Source: Eledone cirrhosa (Eukaryota). From it: a stretch of DNA of 64,000 nucleotides. Every line of letters begins with the position of its first letter. Position 1 is the first letter of the stretch. The notes under the pieces are model-generated. The model did no database searches, was not told the origin of the DNA, and saw only the letters and a program-made list of their open reading frames with translations. Below, one piece after another: positions 1 to 15,852 of the stretch. Both the position numbers and the translations under genes were made by a program. The stretch spans positions 351,354,001 to 351,418,000 of the forward strand of contig OZ024743.1 in the NCBI GenBank assembly GCA_964016885.1, written 5' to 3'.

Positions 1-165
1 CGCACACACATACACACACACAGGTAGACAACACGGAACACAGAAATACCTAGAAGGAAAATATATGTGATAAACCAATACCAATACCAAGAACACAGAC
101 AAGGATTGGAAGTTGAACTTGCTGGAAAATGATATACAATCCAGGACAGTTGGAATTTAGAAGAC

Positions 166-273
<108 letters not shown>

Positions 274-3200
274 CATGTATGTATGTATCTATATATATAT
301 GTATGTGTGTGTATGCATATATGTATATTTACATACAATATACATACATTTATACACGTCACAAAATGATAAAGAAGAAATACGCCTAGCTTCCCAATAT
401 TGCTTGCGTATTCTTTACATTACGATATTTACAACAATACTAGTTAATATAATTATAATTATGATAATTATTAATATTACTACTATTGTTATTATGTATT
501 ATTACTGTGTTTTTATTACTTATTAATATTTTATCGTTATTATTATTGTTATTGTTATTGTTATAAATATATCATTATAATGATTCCCTTTTAACAACGC
601 GAGCACCAAGCTATGTTTCGAGCAGTTTGATGGCAGTGGTGGGACACTCCAGATATTTGTCACCAGCTCCGACGAGCTCCCGACTGTCGAATAGCAAGAA
701 AGTCAATGAAGAAAATGGTGGTAGTGGTGATAAGATGTCGACGAGATATAAGGCGCGACGGAGAAAGGGGAAATAACTCTCTTGCGAAGACAGTGGAGGC
801 GGCGGGTGCTGTGGTGGTAGTAACGGCGACGGCGAACACAACTATAAAGTGAACTTGAAACAATATGTGTAATTACAATTAATTATAACTAATTATAATT
901 AATTTTTAATTAATAAACGGGAAAAACAAAAAAAAATGCAAGGAACTATATCATCAACATCGGCATCAAACACACACAACGATGATGCAGTTGTTTAGAT
1001 ACAACAGCAACAGTAGCAACAACAACCTTTACAACAGCGATACAGGTTTTTAGTTTCTGCTGCAACAACAGCAACACCAATTTCTGCAATAATTCAGCTG
1101 ATCAGCAACATCGACATCAGCAACAGCAACATAGCTTGTTGCAGAAATGATGCAGTGATTTAGTACTGCAGCCACAACACTAGAATCAACTGTGATAGAA
1201 GCAGCGAATGCGGTATGAACACATACTGCATTCACTGCTTCTATCACTGTTTTAGCAACACAGAAGCTATACCAGTAATTTAAAATCAAAGAAACAAACA
1301 ACAACAACAGCTATTTACCTATTATGAGCAACAACGTCAACAACAGTAATAATAGATGCACTTGCTTGCTTGCTTGTTCGCTCGCTTGCTTGCTTGCTTG
1401 GAGTGCAGCACTAGCGTGAGCAATAACCTGTTACTCCTGTGTGCAGTAGTATCGTACAGCTGCAGGAGAAGCAGCATCTGATGCAAAAGTAGCAAGAAGC
1501 AACAACAACAACAGTAACATATAAATTGTACAGAGCAACCAGCAGCAATCAAAATTAGCACAAACAAAAATAAAAACAACTACAGCCATAACTATAATTA
1601 CTTTTGCAACAACAATAACAACGATTACTTAAAGAAAATACTAGAAAAGTAACAATAACATGAACAACAAAACAACAATACCAATAAAAACAGTAATATT
1701 GATAATGACGATAACAACAAAGGCAACACTGGTAAACTTTATATCACATTAGCAACGGTATATAATAATGTAAAACACAGAATCAGTGAAGCAGGGTGAG
1801 TTAGCAACAACCAAAATTACCTCAATACCACAGCTCTACAACACTCACCTCTCAATTACAACAACATATTTTCATACAAATTCTGGTTATTATGTCTCTA
1901 TCGAGCCAACATACAAACTATATTGCAGTCACTTCACTTGCTAGTTATGACAACAAAATCAATACTAAAAGGAAAATGAAGCGGGGATAGTGTTATTACT
2001 ATTACCACTACTTCCAGATACATTTCATCTGCAACCCATTGTACTTTCTCTACTCTTCTTTGATAAACAACCTGAGTCCGAAACTTCAGTTTATTTCGTG
2101 ATTACTACATTTATTTTAACTACCATCTTTTCTCTTATTACGTCTTAGTTGTTGCTAGCGTAGGTTCTCGCTGGTTTTCTGCGACTCTGAAGTTTTCCTT
2201 TATTAGTACTATAATATTACTGTTTACTATCAACCATATTCTATAGTTACATAGAATCTAATTTATTATGGCATACTTTCAGACAGTATCAATATTGAAT
2301 GACAGTATAATTGAATGTTATATATACTATACTTGTATATATACTATGGATATTATACGCTTCTACTGTCATCAGTACAATATAGCTGTATAATGTCAAA
2401 AACATAAATACCCTCGCTACCGCATGGTCATAATCAATTTAAAGCGGTATACTTTATGACACCAGCTGGCATACACTGTAGCTTACATTATTTGGCATAT
2501 ACTATGGCTATATTTTATGCAGAATGTCGCTAGATTTACACAATTACATATATACTACAGCACAATAGTATCCGCATCATACTATAATTCATTCTCCAGT
2601 TACCACATAGTTATTATAGCTTTTTATATAACCTGATTTATGCCCTAGCTCAAAATTATCGACCAAAATGATGGTTCCAAAATACCAGCTTTATATATTA
2701 CTATGTCCGTTTCTTTAAAAGGATTAATTGTGAAATTAATTATGCATTATCAGTAATTATACAATGATTCTATATTTTCAATTATTAAAGACGCACATTT
2801 TATTGCATATGCTAATAGAACGTCTCGTTGCCTTGTGCCCCTAATTAAAAGTAATGATCATGTATGAAAAAAGATGTTGGCTTATATTACGGAACTAACT
2901 ACTATGTGTGTGTGGGTGCTGTAGGTGTGTGCTGTAAGTGTATAGATTTGCATAATACTAAGAGCAAATGTGTGTATATATACTCATCAAATACATGCTT
3001 TATTAGATGATATACACGCCTTCTGATGAGGATCCATTAAGAGCCGAAAGTCGATTAAAGTTGTTTATCATTATTTCAATTTACAGGGGAAATTCGTATT
3101 TTCAGGCATGTTTACTTGTCTACATATTAAAAATGTGTATATTAACATACACATTGTTGCAGTCTCGGTTACACACTCTGAATTTATACAGATATAACGT

Positions 3201-3261
<61 letters not shown>

Positions 3262-3349
3262 CATAGGGATATATGTATAAATTTAGACATATATTTAGTA
3301 GGGAGAGGAAAGACTGTGTATATTTTATCTAATAATTCTTCAAACTTGC

Positions 3350-3430
<81 letters not shown>

Positions 3431-3678
3431 ACTTTTCCGAGTTACATAGCCGGCAAAAATTTCGCCCCATTAACAAATAATATATCCGTTTAATTGAAAA
3501 AGGTATGCCGTTCGACTATGTAACTCGGGATATATTCTTACAACTGGCTAATATGTGTTCGCCTGCCTACGTTTGGTATTTCACCGTAGTCGGTATCCTT
3601 AAGAAGCAGAGTATTAATAATTTCAATAAGGAGCAGGTACATAGTATCAATATTAAATCATTATGTCATTTGAGAATC

Positions 3679-3771
3679 CACAAATCTGATGAATTATCGA
3701 TTCCAGAGTTGGACGTAATCACTACCGATCGTACCTTGAGCTGATCGATGGTGAAACGCGTGTCACGTGTG
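3679..3771 (+). ncRNA. Type I hammerhead ribozyme motif (imperfect stem I)
   Basis: CTGATGA 3686-92; stem II attatcgat/atcgatggt (9 bp with GU pairs, long loop); GAAAC-gcgt-GTC 3753-64; stem I cacaaat/acgtgtg partly paired; AATAAA directly after. Confidence 0.65.
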
Positions 3772-4370
3772 AATAAACATAATGATGTTATACTGATATT
3801 TCGTTCTTGCTCCTCATTACTAATTATATATATATATTGGTTGATCTCAGCAACCAACGAGCTATAGTGTAACCAAGCATAAACACTCCACATGAAAAGC
3901 ATCCATAAAATAAAAACAGGTAGTACGTATAACGTATATAGTATCTGACGGAGTATTGTTATTAATTAAGAAGCGACGGTTTTACATTTTACATTAATGT
4001 CTTACATAACACCTGTTATGCACAATTCAAAAGCAATAAATTGCCATTGTGTATTAATTGTTGCGTTATCATCAAATAAATGCTGAAACTGTAAACAATA
4101 TTAAAGAGATGCTGCTCATTCCGGTTCCAGCAGGTATATATCCCTTCTGGGACCTGAATGAACATCTCTTCAACTGCGGGCATATCAAAAACAAAAATAT
4201 TATTTACATTTTCAGCACCTGCCTGATGACAAAGCTTATAAATTTTATATTATGACAATTTAATGCCTTTAAAATGTGCATAATAGGTGTTGTATAAAAC
4301 AATAAACGGAAATGTCAAATATAAAACCGTCTCTTCTTTCTTTATACACGCGCACACACACACACACATA

Positions 4371-4478
<108 letters not shown>

Positions 4479-4811
4479 TATAGATAGAAAGAAAGAAAGA
4501 AAGGAAGAAAGAAAGAAAGAAGAAAGAAAGTGAGAAAGAAGGGATGTATTTATGATTTTCTGAATTCTCGTAATATTTAACTCTCCGTCTGCCTATTAAT
4601 CTAAGTACATCTATCGGCTTGTAAGCTGCTACAACGGTCGCTTCGCTGTTAGAAGATAAACACCAAACACGTTGTTATTGCTAACACATCTAGCACCGAG
4701 ATCACTACTATACCTACCACGACTGCAATCACTAAAACAAACATCATGAGAGCTAAACACTACTACTACTATAACTACCACTACTACTACTATTACTACT
4801 ACTACTACTAC

Positions 4812-4865
<54 letters not shown>

Positions 4866-4866
<1 letters not shown>

Positions 4867-4969
4867 TGTTTCTACTTTAGGCACAAAGCCAGCAATTACC
4901 TCCAGTGCATTACTGGTACTTTATATTATCGACCCCGTAAGGATGAAAGGCAAAGTCAACCTCGGCGGG

Positions 4970-4970
<1 letters not shown>
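4866..4970 (-). mobile_element. tRNA-derived SINE fragment (main family)
   Basis: Reverse complement of the gcctttcatccttacggggtcgataaaataaagtaccag core, flanked by (TAA)n. Confidence 0.8.
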
Positions 4971-5021
<51 letters not shown>

Positions 5022-5417
5022 GTCCAGCCCCTTTTTTTGGAACACTTCAAAAGGCATGCTTGCTCACAATGGTGAGGAGATTCCAAGATTTACTCGAATA
5101 GAAAGTCCAGAGAGACCTGACCGCTAGGGCAAGCGCCCTCTTCCAGTTGTCCTCCTTCAATGCTACATGCTACTACTACTTAATTTTGTATAATAATATG
5201 TATGTAGTTTGTTTTCCATCGAATTCTTAATTTGTTCTTTAACATAGTGGTCTGTTTTGTACTGTCATTCCCTTCTGAATAGCGACATTAATATTAACAC
5301 CAGTAATATATTGCGACTCGTTTGATTCGACTGCAAAATTTTGTAGTTTCGTGTATATGTTTAGAACACATTAGGTCTTTTTTGAAGTTTACTTTACCTT
5401 TCACCCTTATTGAGTTG

Positions 5418-5519
<102 letters not shown>

Positions 5520-6029
5520 TATATTATATTATATTATATTATATTATATTATATTATTTTATAAAAATGAATTAGAATTATACCTTGAACAAACATGCTT
5601 TATATTGGCTAAAATCCGTATTTTGCAGAAAATTATTATTCAAAATATTTTGAGGTACAATAATAAGTATATTACAATTAAGATTAAGAACATTGCAAGC
5701 AAAAAAATATATTTAAGAAAAAAACCCACAGTTTCTCCATGCTTATAATACTATTTAATTAATATAATTAATTGATTAACTAGTTGAGACTACATGGTTC
5801 TCCAGAGGATTATTCTTAGAATATACTAAAAATATACTAAAAGCCATTTCAAGAAAAACTCTAATGATTTTTTCTGTGTTGGAAGTAACTGGACACCCCT
5901 TAGAGATAAAAGGAAAACATAGTGTTATGAACACCCCGTGGTTTAGCTATAATGAAGTTAACTAGCTATTAATGAGAAGACATATGAATCTATAAATAGC
6001 TTACAATATCCTAAAAAAAAATTAACATC

Positions 6030-6245
6030 TCAACCTGAAATTAATTTCATACATACATACACCTTTAGCTTCATACCCATCATTATTGGAGCTACGGGTT
6101 ATATACCAACCCGCTTGGACCAAAGTATGACTGAATTTGGATTTGCGGAGAAAGAACGCAGCTCCCTAATTCATAGTCTGCAAATGGTTGCGATAGCTGG
6201 CACCTTCAAAATTTGCAAAACATTCTTGCGATTCAAGGATGACAA
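6030..6245 (+). mobile_element. 3' remnant of an RLE-type non-LTR retrotransposon (R4/Dong-like)
   Basis: Translates FIPIIIGATGYIP...LQMVAIAGTFKICKTFL, resembling the restriction-like endonuclease C-terminus. Confidence 0.5.
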
Positions 6246-6510
6246 TTTCTTTTCTTTTACAACCTTGCCACCAGGAAGGTGGCCGGTCAAAAAATATACT
6301 CGAAATTAAGAGAAAGAGATTACACACATGATGGCTGCAAACTCGTGTTCGATCATTGCCATCGCCCGATAAAATGCTAAAAAATGTGAGGCATGAATGT
6401 GGCTCTTTAAACCAGCCAAATACTTGCACCCTCTGGGACATACACGGCAACTATAGGCTCCTCCGGGACTTTCCATTGCTTTGTTCTGGCTGTGTTCTCA
6501 TGTGTCTTTT

Positions 6511-7085
6511 CATACCTACCTACATACATACATACATAGATACATACATACATACACACGTACATACATACATACATACATACATACATACATACATACA
6601 TACATAGATACATGCATGCATACGTACATACATACATAGATACATGCATACATACGTACATACATACGTACATACATACATACATACATACATACATACA
6701 TACATACATACATACATACATACATACATGGTGGTGGCTGCCAACTCGTTTTCGAGTACGGCCACTACTTTACATCCATGTAGGAGAACCCCCACCGATG
6801 CGCTGACGAGTGTGACTTTTTAGTCCAGCCAGCGACTTGAAAACTCTGGTACAAACACTACACTTGTGACAATGATTGACACAGTGCTGGGCCCATGGTA
6901 CCATGTGACGACAAGTGCAGAGAGATCTCCAGATATAAAGCAATGCCTGTGCCGTGAAGCTTTTATAGTGAGCAAAGGCACTGCACAAAGCCAGTCCCAC
7001 TCTCTTAACCAAGATGATATTTACCAAAAAGAAGAACAAGTCAACATCATTGGATACCATCAGGGTTGCAGGTGTTATATCAGAC
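6511..7085 (-). mobile_element. 3' end of an RTE-like LINE with (ATGT)n tail
   Basis: C2H2 finger CSVCTRVFKSLAGLKSH near the ORF end, short 3' UTR, then long (ATGT)n at 6511-6728. Confidence 0.55.
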
Positions 7086-7159
7086 ATCCATACATACATA
7101 CATACATACATACATACATACATACATGTTAAACTTAATGTGTATATATATATATATAT

Positions 7160-7194
<35 letters not shown>

Positions 7195-7200
<6 letters not shown>

Positions 7201-9260
7201 ATTCGTTAGTGAGTCGGGTAAAATGTTTTGCGATAATTGTTCTGGCTCTCTGTGCTCTGAATACAAATCATGGTGAGGTTAACTTTTCCTTTCATCCTTT
7301 CGGGGGTCGATAAAGTAAAGTAGCAGTCGAGGGGCGGTGGATTGGCAAAATTGGAAGAAAGTTGGACGAGACGCGTTGAGGTATCTGTTGCGTCTTTTTG
7401 TATTCGGATTTCGTGTCTCTATGTTGCCTACCTGGGGAATAGACATAATTCGTGAACGGTAAAATCTGAGGCATATTTGGAAAAAAATGCCTTGTTGTAT
7501 TTACTTATGTCCCTTTTCGCTCTGAGTTCAAATCCTGCAACCAACTATTTAGCCTTCCATCCTTCTGGAGTGGATAAAATAAGAACCAATTAAATACTGA
7601 CAGCGATCTTAATTGACTACAGCTTGGCAGTATTCGTTCAGGTATTATGCACTCTGAGTTCAAATCCCGCCTTTCTTTCTTATTTCTAAGTCCGATAAAA
7701 TAAAGTACCAGCCAAGTGCGGTGGTCAATATAATCAACTTTTCCTTTCCTTTAAAACTGCTGGCTTTGTGCCTAAATTAGAAACCATTGGATTGGCAGTA
7801 TCGGTAGAGGGTCGGACGCCATGCTTTCCAGCATAGTTACGTCCCTTTACGATCTGAGTTCAAATCCCGCCGAGGTTGACTTAGTCTTTCATCCTTATGG
7901 GGTCGATAAAATAAAGTACCAGTAATGCACTGAGTAATTGCTGGCCTTGTGCCAAAAGTAGAAACAATTATTATTATTATTGCAAATGTAGAATAGAAAA
8001 AATAGTGTCAAACAACCTAAAAACGTTGTGGAATGCACTTGTGGAAAGTATAAGCGTCTTAAGTTCTCGTTTCTTTTAAATTATATTAAGTATACTGTCT
8101 ATGTTGTATCATTATAATTAAATAAATAGGGCGGTGGATTGGCAGTATCGGTAGAGGGTCGGACGCCATGCTTTCCAGCATAGTTACGTCCCTTTACGAT
8201 CTGAGTTCAAATCCCGCCGAGGTTGACTTTGCCTTTCATCCTTACGGGGTCGATAAAATAAAGTACCAGTAATACACTGGGTAATTGCTGGCCTTGTGCC
8301 TAAAGTAGAAACAATTATTATTATTAAATAAATAAAGAAAGAAATCATTATTATTTGTGGCAAGGGCGGCGGATTGGCAGAATCTGTTCTGAGTCGGGGA
8401 AAATGCTTTACGACATTTAAGTACATCCTTGTACATTCTGATTTCACCGAGGTTAAGCCTTGTCTTTCATCCTCACGGGGCCGATAAAATAAAGTACCAG
8501 TAACGCACTGGGGTCGATTTATTCGACTTTCCCCTCGCCCCCAAATTGCTGGCCTTGTGCCTATATAAGAAACCATTATTTGTATTGTATTACAGGCTAT
8601 CTGGATATTGGGCTTAATATCCTTCAAACACTTGACTTACGGTGACGGCTCTAAATCAAAAACCATTATTATTGTGCGTGGTAAGGGCGGCGGATTGGCA
8701 GAATCGGTTCAACGTTGAGGGAAGATACTTTAAGGCACTTAGGTACGGCCCAGTACATTCTGAGTTCAAATCTCGCTGAGGTCAACTTTGCCTTTCATCA
8801 CTACGAGGTCGATAAAACATAGTACCAGTAACGCACTGGATTCAACAAAATTGACTGCCCATGCCCCAAAATTGGTGGCCTTGTGTCTAAATCAGAAATC
8901 ATTATTATTGTTGACGCATGGGCGGTGGATTGGCAGTATCGATAGAGAGTCGGACACAATGCTTTGAAGCATAGAGTTACGTCCCTTTATGATCTGAGTT
9001 CAAATCCCGCCGGGGTTAACTTTGCCTTTCATCCTTACGGGGTCGATAAAATAAAGTACCAGTAATGCACTCTGGGTAATTGCTGGCCTTGTGCCAAAAG
9101 TAGAAACAATTATTATTGTTCGATGACAACTTTGCCTTTCATTTTTCTGAGGTCGATAAAATAAAGTACAACTCACGTACGAGGGAGGACGTATATCGGT
9201 TTCCTCCTCTTCCCTTCCTTCTCAAATTGCTTGCCTTTTGCCTAACTTAGAAACAATTAA
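7195..9260 (+). mobile_element. Head-to-tail cluster of about 9 tRNA-derived SINE copies
   Basis: Repeated tggcag(t/a)atcgg A-box-like and gagttcaaatccc B-box-like motifs, shared core and (ATT)n tails; best copies 7788-7975, 8129-8320, 8362-8580, 8683-8905, 8919-9118. Confidence 0.9.
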
Positions 9261-9503
9261 CATTATTGCTGTTGGTGGTGTTGTAGTTATTGTTAATGCG
9301 CTCCGACCATCGTTAAATACATTCTTTTTCTTTTTTGCTAACTACTAATACTACAACTAGTGTTGTTATTATTGCTGTTGTTGTTGCTGTTGTTGGTGGG
9401 AGGGGAGGGGTGGGGGGGGCATTAAAAAAACTCCGACCACCATTAAGGCTGTTCTTTTTCTTTTCATAATTACCACTATTATTACCACTACTAATAATAA
9501 TAA

Positions 9504-9556
<53 letters not shown>

Positions 9557-9865
9557 TTGCTCTTTTATATCATGACTTTTTTTCGATTTTTTTACGAATG
9601 AAATTGGTTTGATATATATCCATGATTCCCCCACACCTGAAACCCAAACCCAACATCCATTCCAGCCCACAGCCCCAACTTCTCACTTTGACTTTCTCTA
9701 CTAATAAACATATCGGCCCTTTTTTTACCTCCAAAAACCCTTTTACCTCATTTCCTCCTTCCATCCCACCCCACTGCTACCACAGGCCTCTTAAAAAAAA
9801 CTCAGCTCTATTAGTCTTCTAACTTCTTATACCACGCAAAATACAAAATGTTTTTTCTAAAAACC

Positions 9866-10534
<669 letters not shown>

Positions 10535-10683
10535 CTCTGGTAATAAAAATAATACATACATATATACATAATTTAAAAAATGTGAATAAACAACAATTTT
10601 CTTGCCTTTAATATTATTATTACTGTTTTTATTTCTTTATTCATTTTATTTACTTTATTGTTGCCAGTCATGCAGCAGCCTCC

Positions 10684-10762
<79 letters not shown>

Positions 10763-10831
10763 ATATATGTATGTGCGCATATATGTATGTGCGCATATAT
10801 GTATATGTTCATATATATATATGCATATATG

Positions 10832-10882
<51 letters not shown>

Positions 10883-11277
10883 GAAATAATGACTCGACTA
10901 TTATTATTATAGTCATTTAAGTTGGGACGACTACATTTCAAATTTCAAATTTTCCAAATGTTTCCTAAGTCTACCAAATGTTCATATATATATATGTATA
11001 TATAAATATAGGAGACCTTGGAAATCGGGAGATACTTCACGTAAACTAACCTCCCTCAACAATGCAACGCGGTCATTTCTATATTTGCGGGGGGTGGGTG
11101 TTCCACAGCTGTTTAATCATATTTTGCAACACTTTTTAAATCTATTTTATTATATTTTTTCATTGTTTACATGTTTTGTCGTTGTTCTTTTTTACCATGG
11201 CTTTTTTTTTATTTTGTTGCTTTTAGTAATTTTTTGAGGGATTATGATTATCTATATGTGTGTGAGTGAGTGTATGC

Positions 11278-11740
<463 letters not shown>

Positions 11741-12146
11741 TCTGTGTAAATGGTTCTGCCATAATGTGATTTAATAGTGTCATTTCCTTTTACCTTTGTT
11801 CTTTTGGGCTTGTTAATACCTTTCCGTTATATATTCTATATATTCTGAATAATTTCTATTTTTTGGTTTATGTTTTCTTTAATTCAAATATTTTCAGTTG
11901 TTTAGACGAACATTCTCAACAGGAAACTCCCAACATCCAAATCTTATTCCTTTCTTGACAATTTATTTGCATTTTAAGTTCTCACTCATTCTTGCCATTT
12001 TTTTTAATATATATATATATATGTTTATATATATATATCTTTATATATATATATATATGTATAATATGTATATTATATATATATGTATATATGTATAATA
12101 TGTATATATACACACACTCACACACACATATATATATGTATGTATG

Positions 12147-12204
<58 letters not shown>

Positions 12205-12659
12205 TGTGAAATAAACATTACATTACTTATTTACCTTCGAACAATAAAGAATTTATGACTAAATTTGGTGTTATTTTTTGTCCATATTGCTGGTTTAACT
12301 TTATTGTATGCTTTACTCTGTAGTCAGACATGTTTGTGTTGGCACGCTTTTAACTAGTTATGATATAACTATTTTACATAAACTATATGTAGGTATAAGT
12401 TGAGTTAAATACACATGAGAAGATAACTGCAAGCGAAATTCAACGGCAATTAACTGAGTAACTGATATTGTATATGATGATGATGGAGATGACGGTAGTG
12501 ATGATGGTGATGATGATGACGATGATGACGACGATGACGTGTCTGTGGAATGCTAAGCCACTTGCACGTTAATTTCACGAACAGGCTGATCCTTTGATTC
12601 CACCAACTGGAACGCTCCTCGTCGGAACCGATGGAAGTCCAACTCAAACACACTTGTAT

Positions 12660-13812
12660 CACTCAGACAAACACTTTCTGCACACTAATGCGAGACATTA
12701 ATGCATAACATACGTGCTCAACAATGAAAATAAGATTCTAGAAGTAGGTAAACTCTTTAATAGATGCCCTGACTGTATAGCTGACTGTGACCCAAGGTTA
12801 ATTGAACTGACCTGCCTAAACAGAAAAGTAGAGGAGAAACATTCATCATACAAGGAGGAAGCCATGCATGGGTACACATCCCTCAATCTAAGAGATTACA
12901 ACAACTTTGTCCAAAAGGGCAGCATCTCCTGAGAGCTATGATAGATACATCACATTCCACCGAGAAAGATATCCCTTCACTATTCAGAAACAGGAAATAC
13001 CTCCAATATACGTAATAAATAAAAGAAACAAGAATATCGTGAGACTTTCACGTTGTGGTAGAAAACGTTGATTGTGCTCTACCAATGTGGAAGGTATCAT
13101 CTTCATTGGCCAAATATACCTGCAGATTACTACATTCCGTGGAATTGTGGTCAAAACTATTTTAATGATATCTACATGAAGAATTCTCTTGAAGGTCAAA
13201 CCAAAGACACGGCAGTACCTGGACGTGTACACACCTTTAAAATTGAAGAATACTGGTGGAACATTCTAGTAAAAGCAGCAACCCGATGTAAATACAACAG
13301 ACTTGATATAGTTCTATAGAAGAGAAACCAAAAGTCATGCACGGTTCAAGGTCAATTAACCAATGGATCTGAACGCCTTGTCCAAAGTAGTGGGAAAAGA
13401 GAATATATAGAGGGAACATATGAAACATTTATAGCTTTTATAAATTTTACCAGTTTTCATTATTGCACTGGGCCATGTAACAATAGTCTTTTATAAACGC
13501 CGAAAAATGGTGGGTTTCTCCAGTAAAGAACAAAGCAGATTGGCTTTCTCCAAAACCAATCGATTAGTGGAATAGTGATAATGTATAAAACATTCCAAAG
13601 TATTTCTTTTAGTTCTGGAATGAACATTACTACAAAATCACACACATACATAAAAGTAATCAAATACACACTGTCATGTACTAAAATGACATAAGCAACA
13701 ATTACATAAACGCAAATATATCAACAGACATATACATATAGAGATACACTAACTCACTTTAATACTAATAAGTCCTGGGACCATGCTAACACAAAAAGCT
13801 CCCTTACTATAT
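12660..13812 (+). mobile_element. Highly decayed Penelope-like element 3' region
   Basis: Broken motifs RCGRKR*LC, NDIYM and EGQTKD suggest a GIY-YIG domain; its terminal 270 bp recur inverted at 14712-14981 and end in (TA)n. Confidence 0.4.
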
Positions 13813-13828
13813 ATATGTATGTGTGTGC

Positions 13829-13879
<51 letters not shown>

Positions 13880-13881
<2 letters not shown>

Positions 13882-14062
13882 TTGTTTCTACTTGAGGCAC
13901 AAGGCCAGCAATCACCCAGTGCATTACTGGTACTTTATTTTATCGACCCCGTAAGGATGAAAGGCAAAGTCAACCTCGGCGGGATTTGAACTCAGATCAT
14001 AAAGGGACGTAACTATGCTGGAAAGCATGGCGTCCGACCCTCTACCGATACTCCCAATCCAC
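13880..14062 (-). mobile_element. tRNA-derived SINE, near full length
   Basis: Near-identical reverse complement of 7788-7975. Confidence 0.9.
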
Positions 14063-14263
14063 ATATTATGAACCTGAAGATTGCGAAAGCATGAAAGTAC
14101 TTGTTCAATTAACACTTAGAATTTAATATTCTATCATACTATTTCATTATAATACCATTATACATTTTAAAGGATTGTAAATAAAACGAGTAAATCAGAC
14201 AAAGTTGGAATTCCTCTTATTAATATAATCTTCTATACACAATCATACACACCCGTGTATATT

Positions 14264-14338
<75 letters not shown>

Positions 14339-14654
14339 AGAACAAAAGATGGTTAAAAGAGTTCCATGTATTTTATTATGCGCATTTCAAATATTTATGT
14401 TGATTTAAAACTGCACTATCCACAAGTGGTTTTTAACCTTCATATCATGTCTTCCTATTTTATCTGATGAAAACACAAATATTATTGCATGATGATATTT
14501 GTTTTTGAAATGCGCATAATAAAATACATGGAACTCTTTTAACCATCTTTTGTTCTTATATATTATGTATACTCCAGTCCTACAAACTGTAGAGTGCTTC
14601 TTATCCGATATCTGCATTGCTTTATTGAACAACAATAAAACTCACCTCCTACAT

Positions 14655-14687
<33 letters not shown>

Positions 14688-14711
14688 GCACACACACACT
14701 CACACATATAT

Positions 14712-14981
14712 ATAGTAAGGGAGCTTTTTGTGTTAGCATGGTCCCAGGACTTATTAGTATTAAAGTGAGTTAGTGTATCTCTATATGTATATGTCTGTTG
14801 ATATATTTGCGTTTATGTAATTGTTGCTTATGTCATTTTAGTACATGACAGTGTGTATTTGATTACTTTTATGTATGTGTGTGATTTTGTAGTAATGTTC
14901 ATTCCAGAACTAAAAGAAATACTTTGGAATGTTTTATACATTATCACTGTTCCACTAATCGATTGGTTTTGGAGAAAGCCA
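14712..14981 (-). repeat. Inverted copy of 13541-13812, flanked by (TA)n
   Basis: Direct reverse-complement match; the same peptide MYLITFMYVCDFVV appears in ORFs on both strands. Confidence 0.9.
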
Positions 14982-15016
<35 letters not shown>

Positions 15017-15115
15017 GGCAAAATTTGAACAGGGACAAAACAGAGGCAGTACAATAAATGTTTATTAATTTCACGCTCAGGAGAGTGGGGGTATATATAT
15101 ATATATACGCATATA

Positions 15116-15260
15116 TATTGTTATATTTGGGAAGGGTCATATTGTTATAATATTGCCAGAAATAATGAAATAATAATAAAACGCATCCACTGTTTGTTTT
15201 GGATTGGGTTTTCGCTTCTGTATATTTTATATCCCTATAGTTAATTTAGCTGGGAATCAA
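15116..15260 (-). mobile_element. Solo terminal fragment related to the PLE at 31.5-35.3 kb
   Basis: tattgttatatttgggaagggtcat...ttttcgcttctgt matches 31594-31720. Confidence 0.7.
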
Positions 15261-15460
15261 TGTTTGTACATATTGAGTCATGCAGGCGACCGTTCGCTTC
15301 ATGTGTAAAGTAGGTATTATCTGATGTTAAAATCACATGAAAGTACTAAATTACACCGCTTCTTCAACCCATTTTAAAATGACTATTCTTTTTCAAAGTT
15401 GATTACATACGTTGAATGTGAAGAGTTGTTTCTGGTCAGGTAGAAATGAAAAAGGATTGG

Positions 15461-15852
15461 TGTATGGATAAACCTGCACTCAATATGGTGTATACCTTCT
15501 TTCCCTTAATGTATGGATAAACCTGCACTCAATATGGTGTATACCTTCTTTCCCTTAATGTATGGATAAACCTGCACTCAATATGGTGTATACCTTCTTT
15601 CCCTTAATGTATGGATAAACCTGCACTCAATATCGTGTATACCTTCTTTCCCTTAATGTATGGATAAACCTGCACTCAATATGGTGTATACCTTCTTTCC
15701 CTTAATGTATGGATAAACCTGCACTCAATATGGTCTATACCTTCTTTCCCTTAATGTATGGATAAACCTGCACTCAATATCGTGTATACCTTCTTTCCCT
15801 TAATGTATGGATAAACCTGCACTCAATATCGTGTATACCTTCTTTCCCTTAA
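15461..15852. repeat. 49-bp minisatellite, 8 near-identical copies
   Basis: Unit tgtatggataaacctgcactcaatatggtgtataccttctttcccttaa starting at 15461, 15510 ... 15804. Confidence 0.97.

Noticed and set aside
3023-3055. CTGATGA-ggatc/gagcc-GAAAGTC hammerhead-like motif
   Set aside because: Stem III and stem I cannot be formed; at best a relic
7788-9118. tRNA genes suggested by A/B boxes
   Set aside because: No cloverleaf; these are SINE heads attached to a repeated body and tail
13051-13080. In-frame TGA in a Cys-rich PLE motif as possible selenocysteine
   Set aside because: The element is heavily decayed, the Cys spacing is broken and no SECIS was identified
15461-15852. CRISPR-like appearance of the 49-bp array (and the 40-bp array at 60511)
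   Set aside because: Units are contiguous with no unique spacers, there are no cas genes, and the context is eukaryotic
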